NCBI GenBank assembly: GCA_963667785.2
Contig: CAXXMU010000006.1
Coordinates: 608,001-672,000, forward strand
Direction of reading: 5' to 3'
Source: Alphaproteobacteria bacterium
GTDB lineage: Bacteria; Pseudomonadota; Alphaproteobacteria; UBA828
DNA: 64,000 nucleotides
Shown here: piece by piece, positions 32,238-48,240 of the stretch
Layout: each line of letters starts with the position of its first letter
Numbering within the stretch: position 1 is the first letter of the stretch
Program-made: the position numbers and the translations under genes
Notes under the pieces: model-generated
What the model was told of the DNA's origin: nothing
The model's database searches: none
Seen by the model: only the letters and a program-made list of their open reading frames with translations

Positions 32238-34676
32238 TCACTCCGGCCGCAGCACCAGCGTGCCCATCGAATCCTGCTCCACGGCCGAGCGGTCGGTGAG
32301 CATGGGGAGGTATTCCCCGTCGCGCCAGGGCTCGGCGTAGTCCTCGTAGTGCGAGGACAGCGGATTGCCCGACTGGCCCGTGCTGATGATGAAGACGGAG
32401 CGCTCGGGCTCGGCGAGGTCGTAGACCGCGCGGTAGCCCGCCCCGTGGTTCTGGGCGAAGGGGCGCTCCTCGTCGGCCACGTCGAAGCCGCCGGCCTTCA
32501 GCGTCTCCTTCTCGCCGCCCGATTCCATATTCACCTCGAACCAGGAGCCGACGGCCGGGATCTCGCCGAGGATGCGGCTCTTCATGCGGACGGCATGGGC
32601 CTCGCCCCAGCGCCAGTCGGCCATGTCGTGGCCGTGGGTGACGGCGAGGTATTCGAGCGAGACCGTGAGCGCGCGGGAGACCACGGCGGCGCAGCTCTCC
32701 TGCTCCGCCGTCGTCACGTCGTCGCACCACTGGGGGCGCTCGCCGAGCGCGCGGTGGATCACCTCGGTGCGGATGTTCCAGTAGTCCTCGAACACGTCGC
32801 CCAGCTCGTCGGCGAAGAGCGCGTGCATCAGCTCCCTCGCCCACGCCATGTAGATGAGCGCCTCGGCGCTGTCGCGGCCCATGCGGTGATCCCACGCCGC
32901 CAGCATGGCGAGGGCCTGACGCGCGGTGTCCCCTGCCGGCTCCGCGTGCTCGAGCAGGACCGGCACCAGCCGGGCGGCGGCGAGCGAGACCAGGTCCTGC
33001 TGGATCGCGGTGAAGCTCTCCACGTCGTGCGCGGGCCTGGCATCGAGCAGCGCCTCGATCCGCTGCGCGCGGTAGGGGGGAGTCCAGTCGTCGGTGAGGT
33101 AGTGCGGGTAGTCGAGAGGGACCATCCGGTTGTTGGCGTTGACGATGCGGCCCTGCGCCGGGTTGTAGGCCCGCGGCAGCTCCTCGAAGGGCACACGATC
33201 CACCCAGTCGTAGGCCCCGGTCCAGCCCGGCACCGGCATGTGCCCCTGGCCCGAGGCGCGGACCGGCACCCTGCCCGGCGCGATGGTGCCGATATTGCCG
33301 TCGCGGTCGGCGAAGACGACGGTCTGCTGCGGCACGGTGAAGTCGCGCAAGCCGTCTACGAAGCCCTCCCAGTCCGCCGCGGTGGTGGCCCGCACCAGCG
33401 CCTGGGCGCTCAGGTCGTCATCGTCGAGCGCCGTCCAGGCGAAGGCCAGCACGTGGCCCTCCTCGAGGAACTCCGCGCTCTCCTCCAGCACGTCCGAGAT
33501 CACCGGCCCGTGGCGCGTCGTGCGCACCGTGAGCGCGATGGGCTCTTCCCCGCTGACGTTGATCGTCTCGTTGCGGACCTCGAAGGGGAGGCTGCCCTCG
33601 GGCGCGAGATAGCGCGCCGGGTCGTCCGGGTCGATCCGCTCGATGAAGAGGTCCTGGACGTCCGGCCCGGTGTTGGTGAGGCCCCAGGCGAAATCGGACG
33701 TACGCCCGATGAGCGGGAAAGGCAGCCCCGGCAGCGTCGCGCCCACGCTCTCGAAGTCGGGCGTCGAGATGTGCGCGAGATACCAGACGCTCGGCACCTC
33801 GAGGCGCAGGTGCGGATCGTTGGCGAGCAGCGGCTTGCCGGATTCGGTGTGTTCGCCGGAGAGGACCCAGCCGTTGGAGCCGAGGCCGGAGACGGTCTCC
33901 TTCGGCAGCGCGGCCGCGAGCGCGCGGTAGTCGACGGCCGCAGGGCCGAGAGCGGACGGCACCGCGGGCAGGGCCGGCGCGGGGTCGTCCGGATGCTGGG
34001 CCCAGAGGTCCTGCAGCTGCGCCGGGTCGAGCTTGTCGGCCAGGCGCGCGCGCAGCAGCTCGTCGCTGAAATTGTCGCCGAGGTCCCAGGCCATGATCTT
34101 GAGCCAGACCAGGCTGTCGGCGGGCCGCCAGGGCTCGGGCTCGTGGCCGAGCAGCAGGAACTCCGGCGGCATCAGGCCCGAGCGGGTCTCCAGGTAGGCG
34201 TTGACGCCCGCGGCATAGGCCTCGTAGATCGCCTGCGTCTCGGGCGCGAGGCGCTCGAAGTTCCGTTCCGCCACGCGATAGATGCCGAGCGTGCGCAGGA
34301 ACTTGTCGGTCGTGACGCCGGGCTCGCCGACGACCTCGGCGAGGCGCGCCGCGCCGATCCGCCGCTGCATCTCGAGCTGCCAGAGCCGGTCCTGCGCGTG
34401 GACGTAGCCCATGGCGAAGGCGCCGTCGCGCGGCGATTGCGCATAGATGTGGGGGATCGCATGCGCATCGCGGACGATCTCCACCGGCGCGTCGAGGCCG
34501 GGGACGGCCTCGCTCCCGTCGTAGGAGGGCAGCGCGAACCAGGAGCAGGAGCCGGCGGCGAGAAGCACGCCGAGCAGCGCCAGCGCGCCCGCGCTCGCGC
34601 ACCAGGGCCGGAGTCGTCCGAGCCAGCCGCGCGGGAGGCCGCGCCGGCTCTCGTGGGCGGGGGACATGGCGCTCAT
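32238..34676 (-). CDS. Penicillin acylase / AHL-acylase family Ntn hydrolase
   Basis: IPHIYA, AQDRLWQ, GSNGW (Ser nucleophile), LANDPHL, GQSGNP; N-terminal TM/signal segment. Confidence 0.93.
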   Translation of the reverse strand: MSAMSPAHESRRGLPRGWLGRLRPWCASAGALALLGVLLAAGSCSWFALPSYDGSEAVPGLDAPVEIVRDAHAIPHIYAQSPRDGAFAMGYVHAQDRLWQLEMQRRIGAARLAEVVGEPGVTTDKFLRTLGIYRVAERNFERLAPETQAIYEAYAAGVNAYLETRSGLMPPEFLLLGHEPEPWRPADSLVWLKIMAWDLGDNFSDELLRARLADKLDPAQLQDLWAQHPDDPAPALPAVPSALGPAAVDYRALAAALPKETVSGLGSNGWVLSGEHTESGKPLLANDPHLRLEVPSVWYLAHISTPDFESVGATLPGLPFPLIGRTSDFAWGLTNTGPDVQDLFIERIDPDDPARYLAPEGSLPFEVRNETINVSGEEPIALTVRTTRHGPVISDVLEESAEFLEEGHVLAFAWTALDDDDLSAQALVRATTAADWEGFVDGLRDFTVPQQTVVFADRDGNIGTIAPGRVPVRASGQGHMPVPGWTGAYDWVDRVPFEELPRAYNPAQGRIVNANNRMVPLDYPHYLTDDWTPPYRAQRIEALLDARPAHDVESFTAIQQDLVSLAAARLVPVLLEHAEPAGDTARQALAMLAAWDHRMGRDSAEALIYMAWARELMHALFADELGDVFEDYWNIRTEVIHRALGERPQWCDDVTTAEQESCAAVVSRALTVSLEYLAVTHGHDMADWRWGEAHAVRMKSRILGEIPAVGSWFEVNMESGGEKETLKAGGFDVADEERPFAQNHGAGYRAVYDLAEPERSVFIISTGQSGNPLSSHYEDYAEPWRDGEYLPMLTDRSAVEQDSMGTLVLRPE

Positions 34677-35824
34677 GGCTGCTCTCCTTCGACGATCGCC
34701 CGCCGGTGCTCGTCCAGCTCCGGCGCGGGCGGCCGTTCGGCCGGGTCGGGATAGACGGACATCTTGATCGGGTTGCCGGCCATCTTCACCTCTCCCACGA
34801 CCGGGTCGCGGGCCTGGATCACCATGTTGCGCGCCGCCACCTGGGGGTCGGCGAGCACGTCGTCCACCCGGTTGATCGGCGAGCACGGCACGCCCGCCTC
34901 CTCCAGCAGCGCGAGCCAGTGCGCCGTCGGCTGCAATGTCAGCAGCGCCTCGAATTCGCGCTCCAGCGCGTCGATGTTGGCGTTGCGCGCCGCATTGTCG
35001 ACGAAGCGCGCGTCGCGGGCGAGCTCCGGCCGCTCCAGCGCGGCGCAGAGCGACGCGAAGAGCGTGTCGTTGCCGGCGGAGATGACGACGTGGCCGTCGG
35101 CGGTGGCATAGGCCTGGAACGGCGTGATCGAGGGATGGCGCGTCCCCAGCGGCCCCGGCACCTCGCCGGACGCGAAGTAGCGCGCGAGCGCGTTCTCCAG
35201 GATGGCGACCTGGCAGTCGAGCATCGAGACGTCGAGCTTCATGCCCTCGCCCGTGAGCGTGCGCCGGTAGAGCGCGCCGTTGACGCCGATCGCGGTGAAG
35301 AGGCCGGCGACGATGTCGCCGACGGAGCTTCCCACCCGCGCCGGCGGCCCGCCGGGCTGGCCGGTGAGGCTCATGATGCCGCCCATGGCCTGCACCACCA
35401 CGTCGTAGGCCGGCCGGCCGGCATAGGGCCCGGTGTGGCCGAAGCCCGAGCAGGCGGCGTAGATGAGGCGCGGGAAGCGGGCGTGCAGCGCCTCCCAACC
35501 GTAGCCGAGGCGATCCATCGTGCCGGCGCGGAAGTTCTCGACCACCACGTCGGCGCCGGCCAGCAGCGCCTCGAAGGTCCTGCGGTCGGCGTCCGCCTTG
35601 AGGTCGAGGGCGATGCTCTCCTTGCCGCGGTTGATCGACATGAAGTAGGCGGACTTGCCTTCGATGAAGGGGCCGAAGGTACGGGAATCGTCGCCGCCCG
35701 CCGGAGTCTCCACCTTGATGACGCGGGCGCCGAGGTCGGCGAGCACCAGAGTGCAGTAGGGCCCGGCGAGAACCCGCGTCAGGTCGATCACGGTGACGCC
35801 GCTGAGCGGCCCGTCCACGGTCAT
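34673..35824 (-). CDS. CaiB/BaiF class III CoA-transferase
   Basis: DLTRVLAGP, NRGKES, ENFR.G, AYDVVVQA. Confidence 0.93.
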   Translation of the reverse strand: MTVDGPLSGVTVIDLTRVLAGPYCTLVLADLGARVIKVETPAGGDDSRTFGPFIEGKSAYFMSINRGKESIALDLKADADRRTFEALLAGADVVVENFRAGTMDRLGYGWEALHARFPRLIYAACSGFGHTGPYAGRPAYDVVVQAMGGIMSLTGQPGGPPARVGSSVGDIVAGLFTAIGVNGALYRRTLTGEGMKLDVSMLDCQVAILENALARYFASGEVPGPLGTRHPSITPFQAYATADGHVVISAGNDTLFASLCAALERPELARDARFVDNAARNANIDALEREFEALLTLQPTAHWLALLEEAGVPCSPINRVDDVLADPQVAARNMVIQARDPVVGEVKMAGNPIKMSVYPDPAERPPAPELDEHRRAIVEGEQP

Positions 35825-35883
35825 TGCGCTGCTTCCCCGTCCTGGCGACCGATTATACACGCACGGCGCCGGGCGGGCGGGAC

Positions 35884-37392
<1,509 letters not shown>

Positions 37393-38018
37393 CCGATGGT
37401 CAAATTATCGGCCAATCTCCCCAATTCTGGGGAAGATAATTCCTTCCCGGATTCACTACCATCGCCGTACTGCGGATCGATTTATCCCGTTCGAACAGGG
37501 TGCGTGCCGCTTGTTCCCGTGTCGGCCGGGCGGCTGCGTTGGTACAGGCGGGATGCACGACGCGTCGAGGGCGCATTCGGTGGGAAACCGGAACGGTGAA
37601 TTGGTGGCGCTGTACAGCTCTGCACGATGAGCAGGTTTTCGGGAATTGATCCGGGCCGAGAGCCCGTAATCGCACCGAATGTCGTGCGCCGGTTCCGGTT
37701 TGCCGGTCCCGCGCTGCGGAAGGGCATGGGAAGGACCGGCATGCCGGTCAACCCGGCCGCTGGGCGCCGAGACCTGCCGGCAGGAGGAAGGGAATGTCGG
37801 CATCGCCGCCCACTGGCGGGAACGCCGGTCTGTCCTTGCCAGGAGCGGCTTCGCATTAGTCGTCGATTTTCACGACACGCGCGAGGCCGCGTCCGGAGCG
37901 TTTGCCACAGGATGAATCGACTCCCTCGAACACGTCCCGTCGCGAATGCATTGCCGCCCGGTCCGGCCCCACAACCGGTTCGATTTCCGGCGCCTGGCGC
38001 TCGCCTCGGGAAGATCGC

Positions 38019-43549
<5,531 letters not shown>

Positions 43550-43562
43550 CCGACGCACGGGC

Positions 43563-44588
43563 TCAGCCGACGAAGCGGGCGAAGGTGCGGAGCCAGTTCC
43601 GGCCGAGGATTCCGGCCACCTCGTCCTCGCCGTAGCCGCGCTCAAGCAAGCGCCCCGCGAGGTTGGGGAGCTCGGCTATCCCGCCGAGGCCCTCGGGATA
43701 GCGCTGGGTCACGAAGGCATCCACGGGGCCGAAGATGTCGGGCCTGAGCGTCCGCCAGCGGATCGCTTCCGGCAGCACGGTCTTGGATTCCTTGTAGGCC
43801 TCGGTGAAGTCGAGCCCGATGCCGATATGCTCGGTGCCGACCAGCGCCCTGAAATGGTCGATGTGGTCGATCAGATGATCGAGGGTCTGGTCCGTCGGGC
43901 TGACCGAGAGCGGCAGGCAGCAGGCGCCCATCATGCCGCCCTTGGCGCAGATCGCGCGCACCGTCTCGTCCTTCGTGTTGCGGTCGTTGGGCACGTGGTG
44001 CCAGGCGTTGGAATGGGTGCAGACCGGCGCGCGCGCGAGCGGCACCGCCTCGGCGCGCGAGCGGTGGCCGGCATGGGAGAGGTCGAGGATCATCGGCGTC
44101 TCGTTCACCGCCGCGATCAGCTCCTCGCCGAGGAAGCTGAGCCCGGCGTCCCGCTTCTCGCCGCAGCCGTCGGCGAAGAGCGTGGCGCCGGTATAGGCCA
44201 GGCCGAAGAAGCGGAAGCCAAGGCGGGCGAGGATGCCCACGCGCGCGAGCTCCTTGCCGATCATGCTGGAGCCCTGCGTGCCGGGGATCACCGCGAGCCG
44301 GCCGGCCGCGTGCGCCGCCTCGATCTCCGCGCTGTCGCGGGCGAGCGCCAGCACGGGACTGGCTTCGACCTTCGCGAAGCCCTCGTCGACCGCCCTCATG
44401 GTCTGGTCCCACGTGCTCTCCAGCGCGAAGCTCACGTTGCAGACGTTGACGCCCGCCTCCAGGCAGCGGGTCGCGTAGGGCTCGTCGAGCACGTAGAAGA
44501 GCGCGAGGCCGTCGAACACCGCAGCGTCCCGCGTAGAGGCCCGCGCCCTCTCGGCGGCCCCTGCTGCGTCGGGGTCAGCCTTGGCCAT
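43563..44588 (-). CDS. Membrane dipeptidase (M19) family
   Basis: DGCGE, GLSFLG, DLSH, THSN, RNTKD, IGLDF, ILGRNWLR. Confidence 0.88.
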   Translation of the reverse strand: MAKADPDAAGAAERARASTRDAAVFDGLALFYVLDEPYATRCLEAGVNVCNVSFALESTWDQTMRAVDEGFAKVEASPVLALARDSAEIEAAHAAGRLAVIPGTQGSSMIGKELARVGILARLGFRFFGLAYTGATLFADGCGEKRDAGLSFLGEELIAAVNETPMILDLSHAGHRSRAEAVPLARAPVCTHSNAWHHVPNDRNTKDETVRAICAKGGMMGACCLPLSVSPTDQTLDHLIDHIDHFRALVGTEHIGIGLDFTEAYKESKTVLPEAIRWRTLRPDIFGPVDAFVTQRYPEGLGGIAELPNLAGRLLERGYGEDEVAGILGRNWLRTFARFVG

Positions 44589-45987
44589 GGCCCGCTCCGA
44601 GATGGCTGGTCACCGCATCCAGGCTGCGCGCCGCAGCCAGCCCGTCCAGCGCCGCGAAGGCTGCGTCGCACGCGGCCTGCGGCAGGGCACGCGACGCGCA
44701 GTCGACGAACTTGGCGTGGAGGGCGTCGCGGCCGAGCGGCCTGCATGGATGGCCCCTCGGCTCCTGCACCGTGTGCGACCGCTCGTCCCCGCCCGCGAGC
44801 CGTACCGTGACCGTCGCCTGCAGCGTCATGGCGCCGGCGTCGGCGCCGCCGGGCTGATCCGGGTCCGGGCGCATGCGGATCCTGGGGATCAGGGAGCGCA
44901 CGTCCGGCCGCGCCAGCGCCTCGCCGGTGAAGGCGTCGAGCGCGAGCCGGCCATCGACCAACGCGCTCGCCAGCAGGTAGGGCAGGCTGAAGCGCGCCTG
45001 CATGGCATCGGCGGGCGCGGCATAGGGCAGGTTGTGCGTCTCGATCTCCGCCAGCAGCGCGTCGATCCCGGCCACCGCCTGCGGCCGCAGAGCGCCGTTC
45101 CCCCGCATGTCGAGCAGGGCATCCAGCGGGCGATGGACGCTGCCGCAGCAGGGGTAAACCTTCTGCCAGATGCCGTGGCGCTCGATTGCGGGCGGCGCGC
45201 CGAAATCCGCGACCGCCGCCTCCAGCCGCTCGCGCGGCACGCCGGCGAAGAGCTCGACGAAGCCGCGCGCGCCCTCGTAGGCGTCCACCGCGGCGGTAAC
45301 GCCGGCCTCGGCGAGGGCCGCCGCCATGATCCCGTTCTTGGCCGCGAGCCCGGCGTGGAGCGGCTTCGCCATGGTGCCGAACTGGCACTTCGTGCCGGAG
45401 GAAAGGCTGGTGGCGAGGCCGAGCGCGGCGGTCGTTCGCGCGGCATCGAGGCCGAGCAGCCGGGCGCAGGCGGCAGCGGCGGCGGGCGCGCCCAGGGTCG
45501 ACGTGGTATGCCAGCCCCTGAAGTAATGGGCCGTGTTGAGCGCTTCGCCGAGTCGGGCCAGGACCTCCACGCCCACGATGAAGGCGTCCACGCAAGATAC
45601 GCCGTCGAAGTCCCGCTCCTGCCCGAGCGCGAGCAGGGCCGGCACCAGAACCGCGCTCGCGTGAGCGTTGCTGATCTCCAGAATGTCGTCGTAGTCCAGC
45701 GCATGGGCGGCGGTGCCGTTGACGAGCGCGGCCCAGGGCGCCGCCAGCCGCCGTGGCGTGCCGGCGACGACGGCGCTCCCCGCTCCCCAGCGCGCGACAC
45801 CGGCATGGGCCGCGCGCGGGGCGGGATCGCCGGCGCCGGCCAGCATGCAGGCGACCGTGTCGACGAAGGCGGCAGCCGCCCGCCGCTCCGCCTCCGCGCT
45901 CCAACGGCGCGGCGCCTCGGCGATCCAGCGCCCGAGCCGGAGCGTCGCGCCGCTCGCGCCTTCCGCCTCCGCTGTTCGGCTCGCCAC
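44575..45987 (-). CDS. MmgE/PrpD family protein
   Basis: [37 protein letters not shown]. Confidence 0.92.
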   Translation of the reverse strand: MASRTAEAEGASGATLRLGRWIAEAPRRWSAEAERRAAAAFVDTVACMLAGAGDPAPRAAHAGVARWGAGSAVVAGTPRRLAAPWAALVNGTAAHALDYDDILEISNAHASAVLVPALLALGQERDFDGVSCVDAFIVGVEVLARLGEALNTAHYFRGWHTTSTLGAPAAAAACARLLGLDAARTTAALGLATSLSSGTKCQFGTMAKPLHAGLAAKNGIMAAALAEAGVTAAVDAYEGARGFVELFAGVPRERLEAAVADFGAPPAIERHGIWQKVYPCCGSVHRPLDALLDMRGNGALRPQAVAGIDALLAEIETHNLPYAAPADAMQARFSLPYLLASALVDGRLALDAFTGEALARPDVRSLIPRIRMRPDPDQPGGADAGAMTLQATVTVRLAGGDERSHTVQEPRGHPCRPLGRDALHAKFVDCASRALPQAACDAAFAALDGLAAARSLDAVTSHLGAGHGQG

Positions 45988-46088
45988 CCGTCCTCTCCGC
46001 TTGCCCTCGGCCCCGCCGATGGTACACGGTGACGGTGCGGTCGCAATCGGGCGGGAGGGGCGGCCGGCCCGTCGTCGAGGGAGGACAC

Positions 46089-46532
46089 ATGAGGGCGCTG
46101 ATCCAGCGGGTCGCCGGAGCCCGCGTCGATATCGCCGGCGAGACGGTCGGCGAGGTCGAGGACGGCATGCTGGTCCTCGTCTGCGCCATGCAGGGCGACG
46201 GGGACGACGAGGCCCGACAGCTGGCGCGCAAGATCGCCAACCTGCGCATCTTCGAGAGCGAGCCGGGCAAGATGAACCTCTCGGTGCTGGCGAGCGGGGG
46301 TGCTGCGCTGGTGGTGAGCCAGTTCACGCTCGCCGCCGACACGAGCCGCGGCAACCGGCCGGGCTTCTCCTATGCCGCCCCGCCGGACGAGGGCGAGCGG
46401 CTCTACGAGCTCTTCACCGCCTCCCTCGCCGAGCACGGGGTGCCGGTCGCCACCGGGCGCTTCGGCCAGGTGATGCAGGTCCACCTCGTCAACGACGGGC
46501 CGGTCACGATCTGGCTGGATACGGCGGGCTAG
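46089..46532 (+). CDS. dtd: D-aminoacyl-tRNA deacylase
   Basis: [25 protein letters not shown]; GAGGA RBS. Confidence 0.96.
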   Translation: MRALIQRVAGARVDIAGETVGEVEDGMLVLVCAMQGDGDDEARQLARKIANLRIFESEPGKMNLSVLASGGAALVVSQFTLAADTSRGNRPGFSYAAPPDEGERLYELFTASLAEHGVPVATGRFGQVMQVHLVNDGPVTIWLDTAG

Positions 46533-46855
46533 TCCTCCGGCTCGTTGCCCGGCAGCGGGATCGTGAGCATCAGCGAGGAGAGGCTCTTGCCGTGGATGTC
46601 GAGCGCGCCGGTGGCGGTGACGCCGCCGCCGCAGACGCGCTCGATGACGAAGTTGAGCGCACCGAGCGCCGGCAGCGCATAGCGGCGCACGGGCCCTTCC
46701 GCCAGCGCGGCGAAGGCGGCCTGCACCCGCGCCTCGGTCAGCTCCCGCGTGAGCCGCTCGTAGCCCGCCTCGTCGAAGGCGACGACCGAGACGTTGACGC
46801 TCGTTCCCTTGTCGCCGGCGCGGGCATGCGCCAGATCGCGCACCCTGATCGGCAT
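46529..46855 (-). CDS. AtuA-related small ferredoxin-fold protein
   Basis: [23 protein letters not shown]. Confidence 0.85.
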   Translation of the reverse strand: MPIRVRDLAHARAGDKGTSVNVSVVAFDEAGYERLTRELTEARVQAAFAALAEGPVRRYALPALGALNFVIERVCGGGVTATGALDIHGKSLSSLMLTIPLPGNEPED

Positions 46856-48204
46856 CAACCTGCATCTCCCACCACCTCGACCCGGGGCCTGACCAGCGCG
46901 CGCGGCAGCAGCACCGACTGCACCGCGAGGATTTCGCGCACCGACGCCGAATCGCCGGCCCCGCCCGCCGGCCCGTTGGTGTAGAGCGCCGCGACCTCGA
47001 AGCCCACAGCGTCTGCGGCCTTGCGATCCTGCGTCCGTCCGCTGACGCGGAGCCTGACCTCGTAGGGCTCGGGCCGTCCGGCGCCCGGCCCGTGCAGGCT
47101 GTCGATGCCGATCAGGCGCGCCTCCAGCGCATCGAAGGCGAAGCCCCTGAGACGCAGCCTCTCCGTCACGATCTCGCCGGCGAGGCGGGCGCGTGCCTGG
47201 GCGCCGGGGCCGCCGTAGGAGAGCTGCCCCTCGCCCAGATAGCCGTCGAAATAGCCGACGCTCACCTTGTAGGTCCCCGTGCGCGGGCGCGCCCGGGCGC
47301 CCGAGACCGCCACCCGGTCCGGCCCCGCCTCGCGCAGCTCGATGCCGCTCATGTCGAGCACGCAATCGGGCGTGACGTAGGCCGCGGGATCCTCCACCTC
47401 GTAGAGGAGCTGCTCGGTGCAGGTGGCGACGTCGATGCGCCCGCCCGTGTCCGCGCACTTGCCGATGGTGACCGCGCCGTCGTCGCTCACGTCGGCGAAG
47501 GGGAAGCCGAGGCGGGCGAGACCCAGCACGTCCTTGACGCCGGGGTCGGCGAAGTAGCCGCCGGTCACCTGGCCCGCGCACTCCAGCAGGTGACCGGCCG
47601 CGGTGGCCTGGGCGAGGCGCTCGTCCTCGTCGTAGGGCATGCCGAGGGCGTGGACGATGGGGCCGACGAAGAGCGAGGGGTCCGCGACCCGGCCGGTCAT
47701 CACCACCGGCGCGCCGGTCGAGAGAGCGAACGACACGGCATCGGCGCCGAGATAGGCGTTCGCCGACGCCATGCGCGGCAGGATGCTCTCGAGCGGCTCG
47801 CCCGACTCCATCAGGGGAAGCGCCGGGCGGGCGGCGACGTCATCCCGCACGTCGTCGCCGAGCAGAACCGCGCAGCGGCGGTCGTCGAGCCCGAGTTCGG
47901 CCGCGATATCGGCCGTCCTGCGCCCGGCCGCCAGCGGGTCGGCAGCGCCCATGTTGCTGAGCACCCGCACGCCCCGCGCGGCCGCCGGCGGCAGCACCGC
48001 GCGCATGCGGTCCTCGAGCTGGGGGTTGTAGCCGCTCCCCTCGCCCCGCCGCGCCGCCAGCGTCTCGCGCGCGATGGTGCGCTCGGCGAGGCACTCGAAG
48101 GCGATGTAGTCGATCTCGCCGCGCTCGACCAGCTCGACCGCGGGCTCCCAGCGGTCGCCGGCAAAGCCCGCGCCGGAGCCGATGCGCACCCGCTTCGCCG
48201 CCAT
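46855..48204 (-). CDS. Acyclic terpene utilization AtuA family protein
   Basis: GSGAGFAGDR, FECLAERT, TGRVADP, GHLLEC.GQVTGG, EQLLYEV.DP. Confidence 0.9.
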   Translation of the reverse strand: MAAKRVRIGSGAGFAGDRWEPAVELVERGEIDYIAFECLAERTIARETLAARRGEGSGYNPQLEDRMRAVLPPAAARGVRVLSNMGAADPLAAGRRTADIAAELGLDDRRCAVLLGDDVRDDVAARPALPLMESGEPLESILPRMASANAYLGADAVSFALSTGAPVVMTGRVADPSLFVGPIVHALGMPYDEDERLAQATAAGHLLECAGQVTGGYFADPGVKDVLGLARLGFPFADVSDDGAVTIGKCADTGGRIDVATCTEQLLYEVEDPAAYVTPDCVLDMSGIELREAGPDRVAVSGARARPRTGTYKVSVGYFDGYLGEGQLSYGGPGAQARARLAGEIVTERLRLRGFAFDALEARLIGIDSLHGPGAGRPEPYEVRLRVSGRTQDRKAADAVGFEVAALYTNGPAGGAGDSASVREILAVQSVLLPRALVRPRVEVVGDAG

Positions 48205-48240
48205 GGCGCCCTTCAGGCGTGCGTCATGGCGGGCCTCGAC

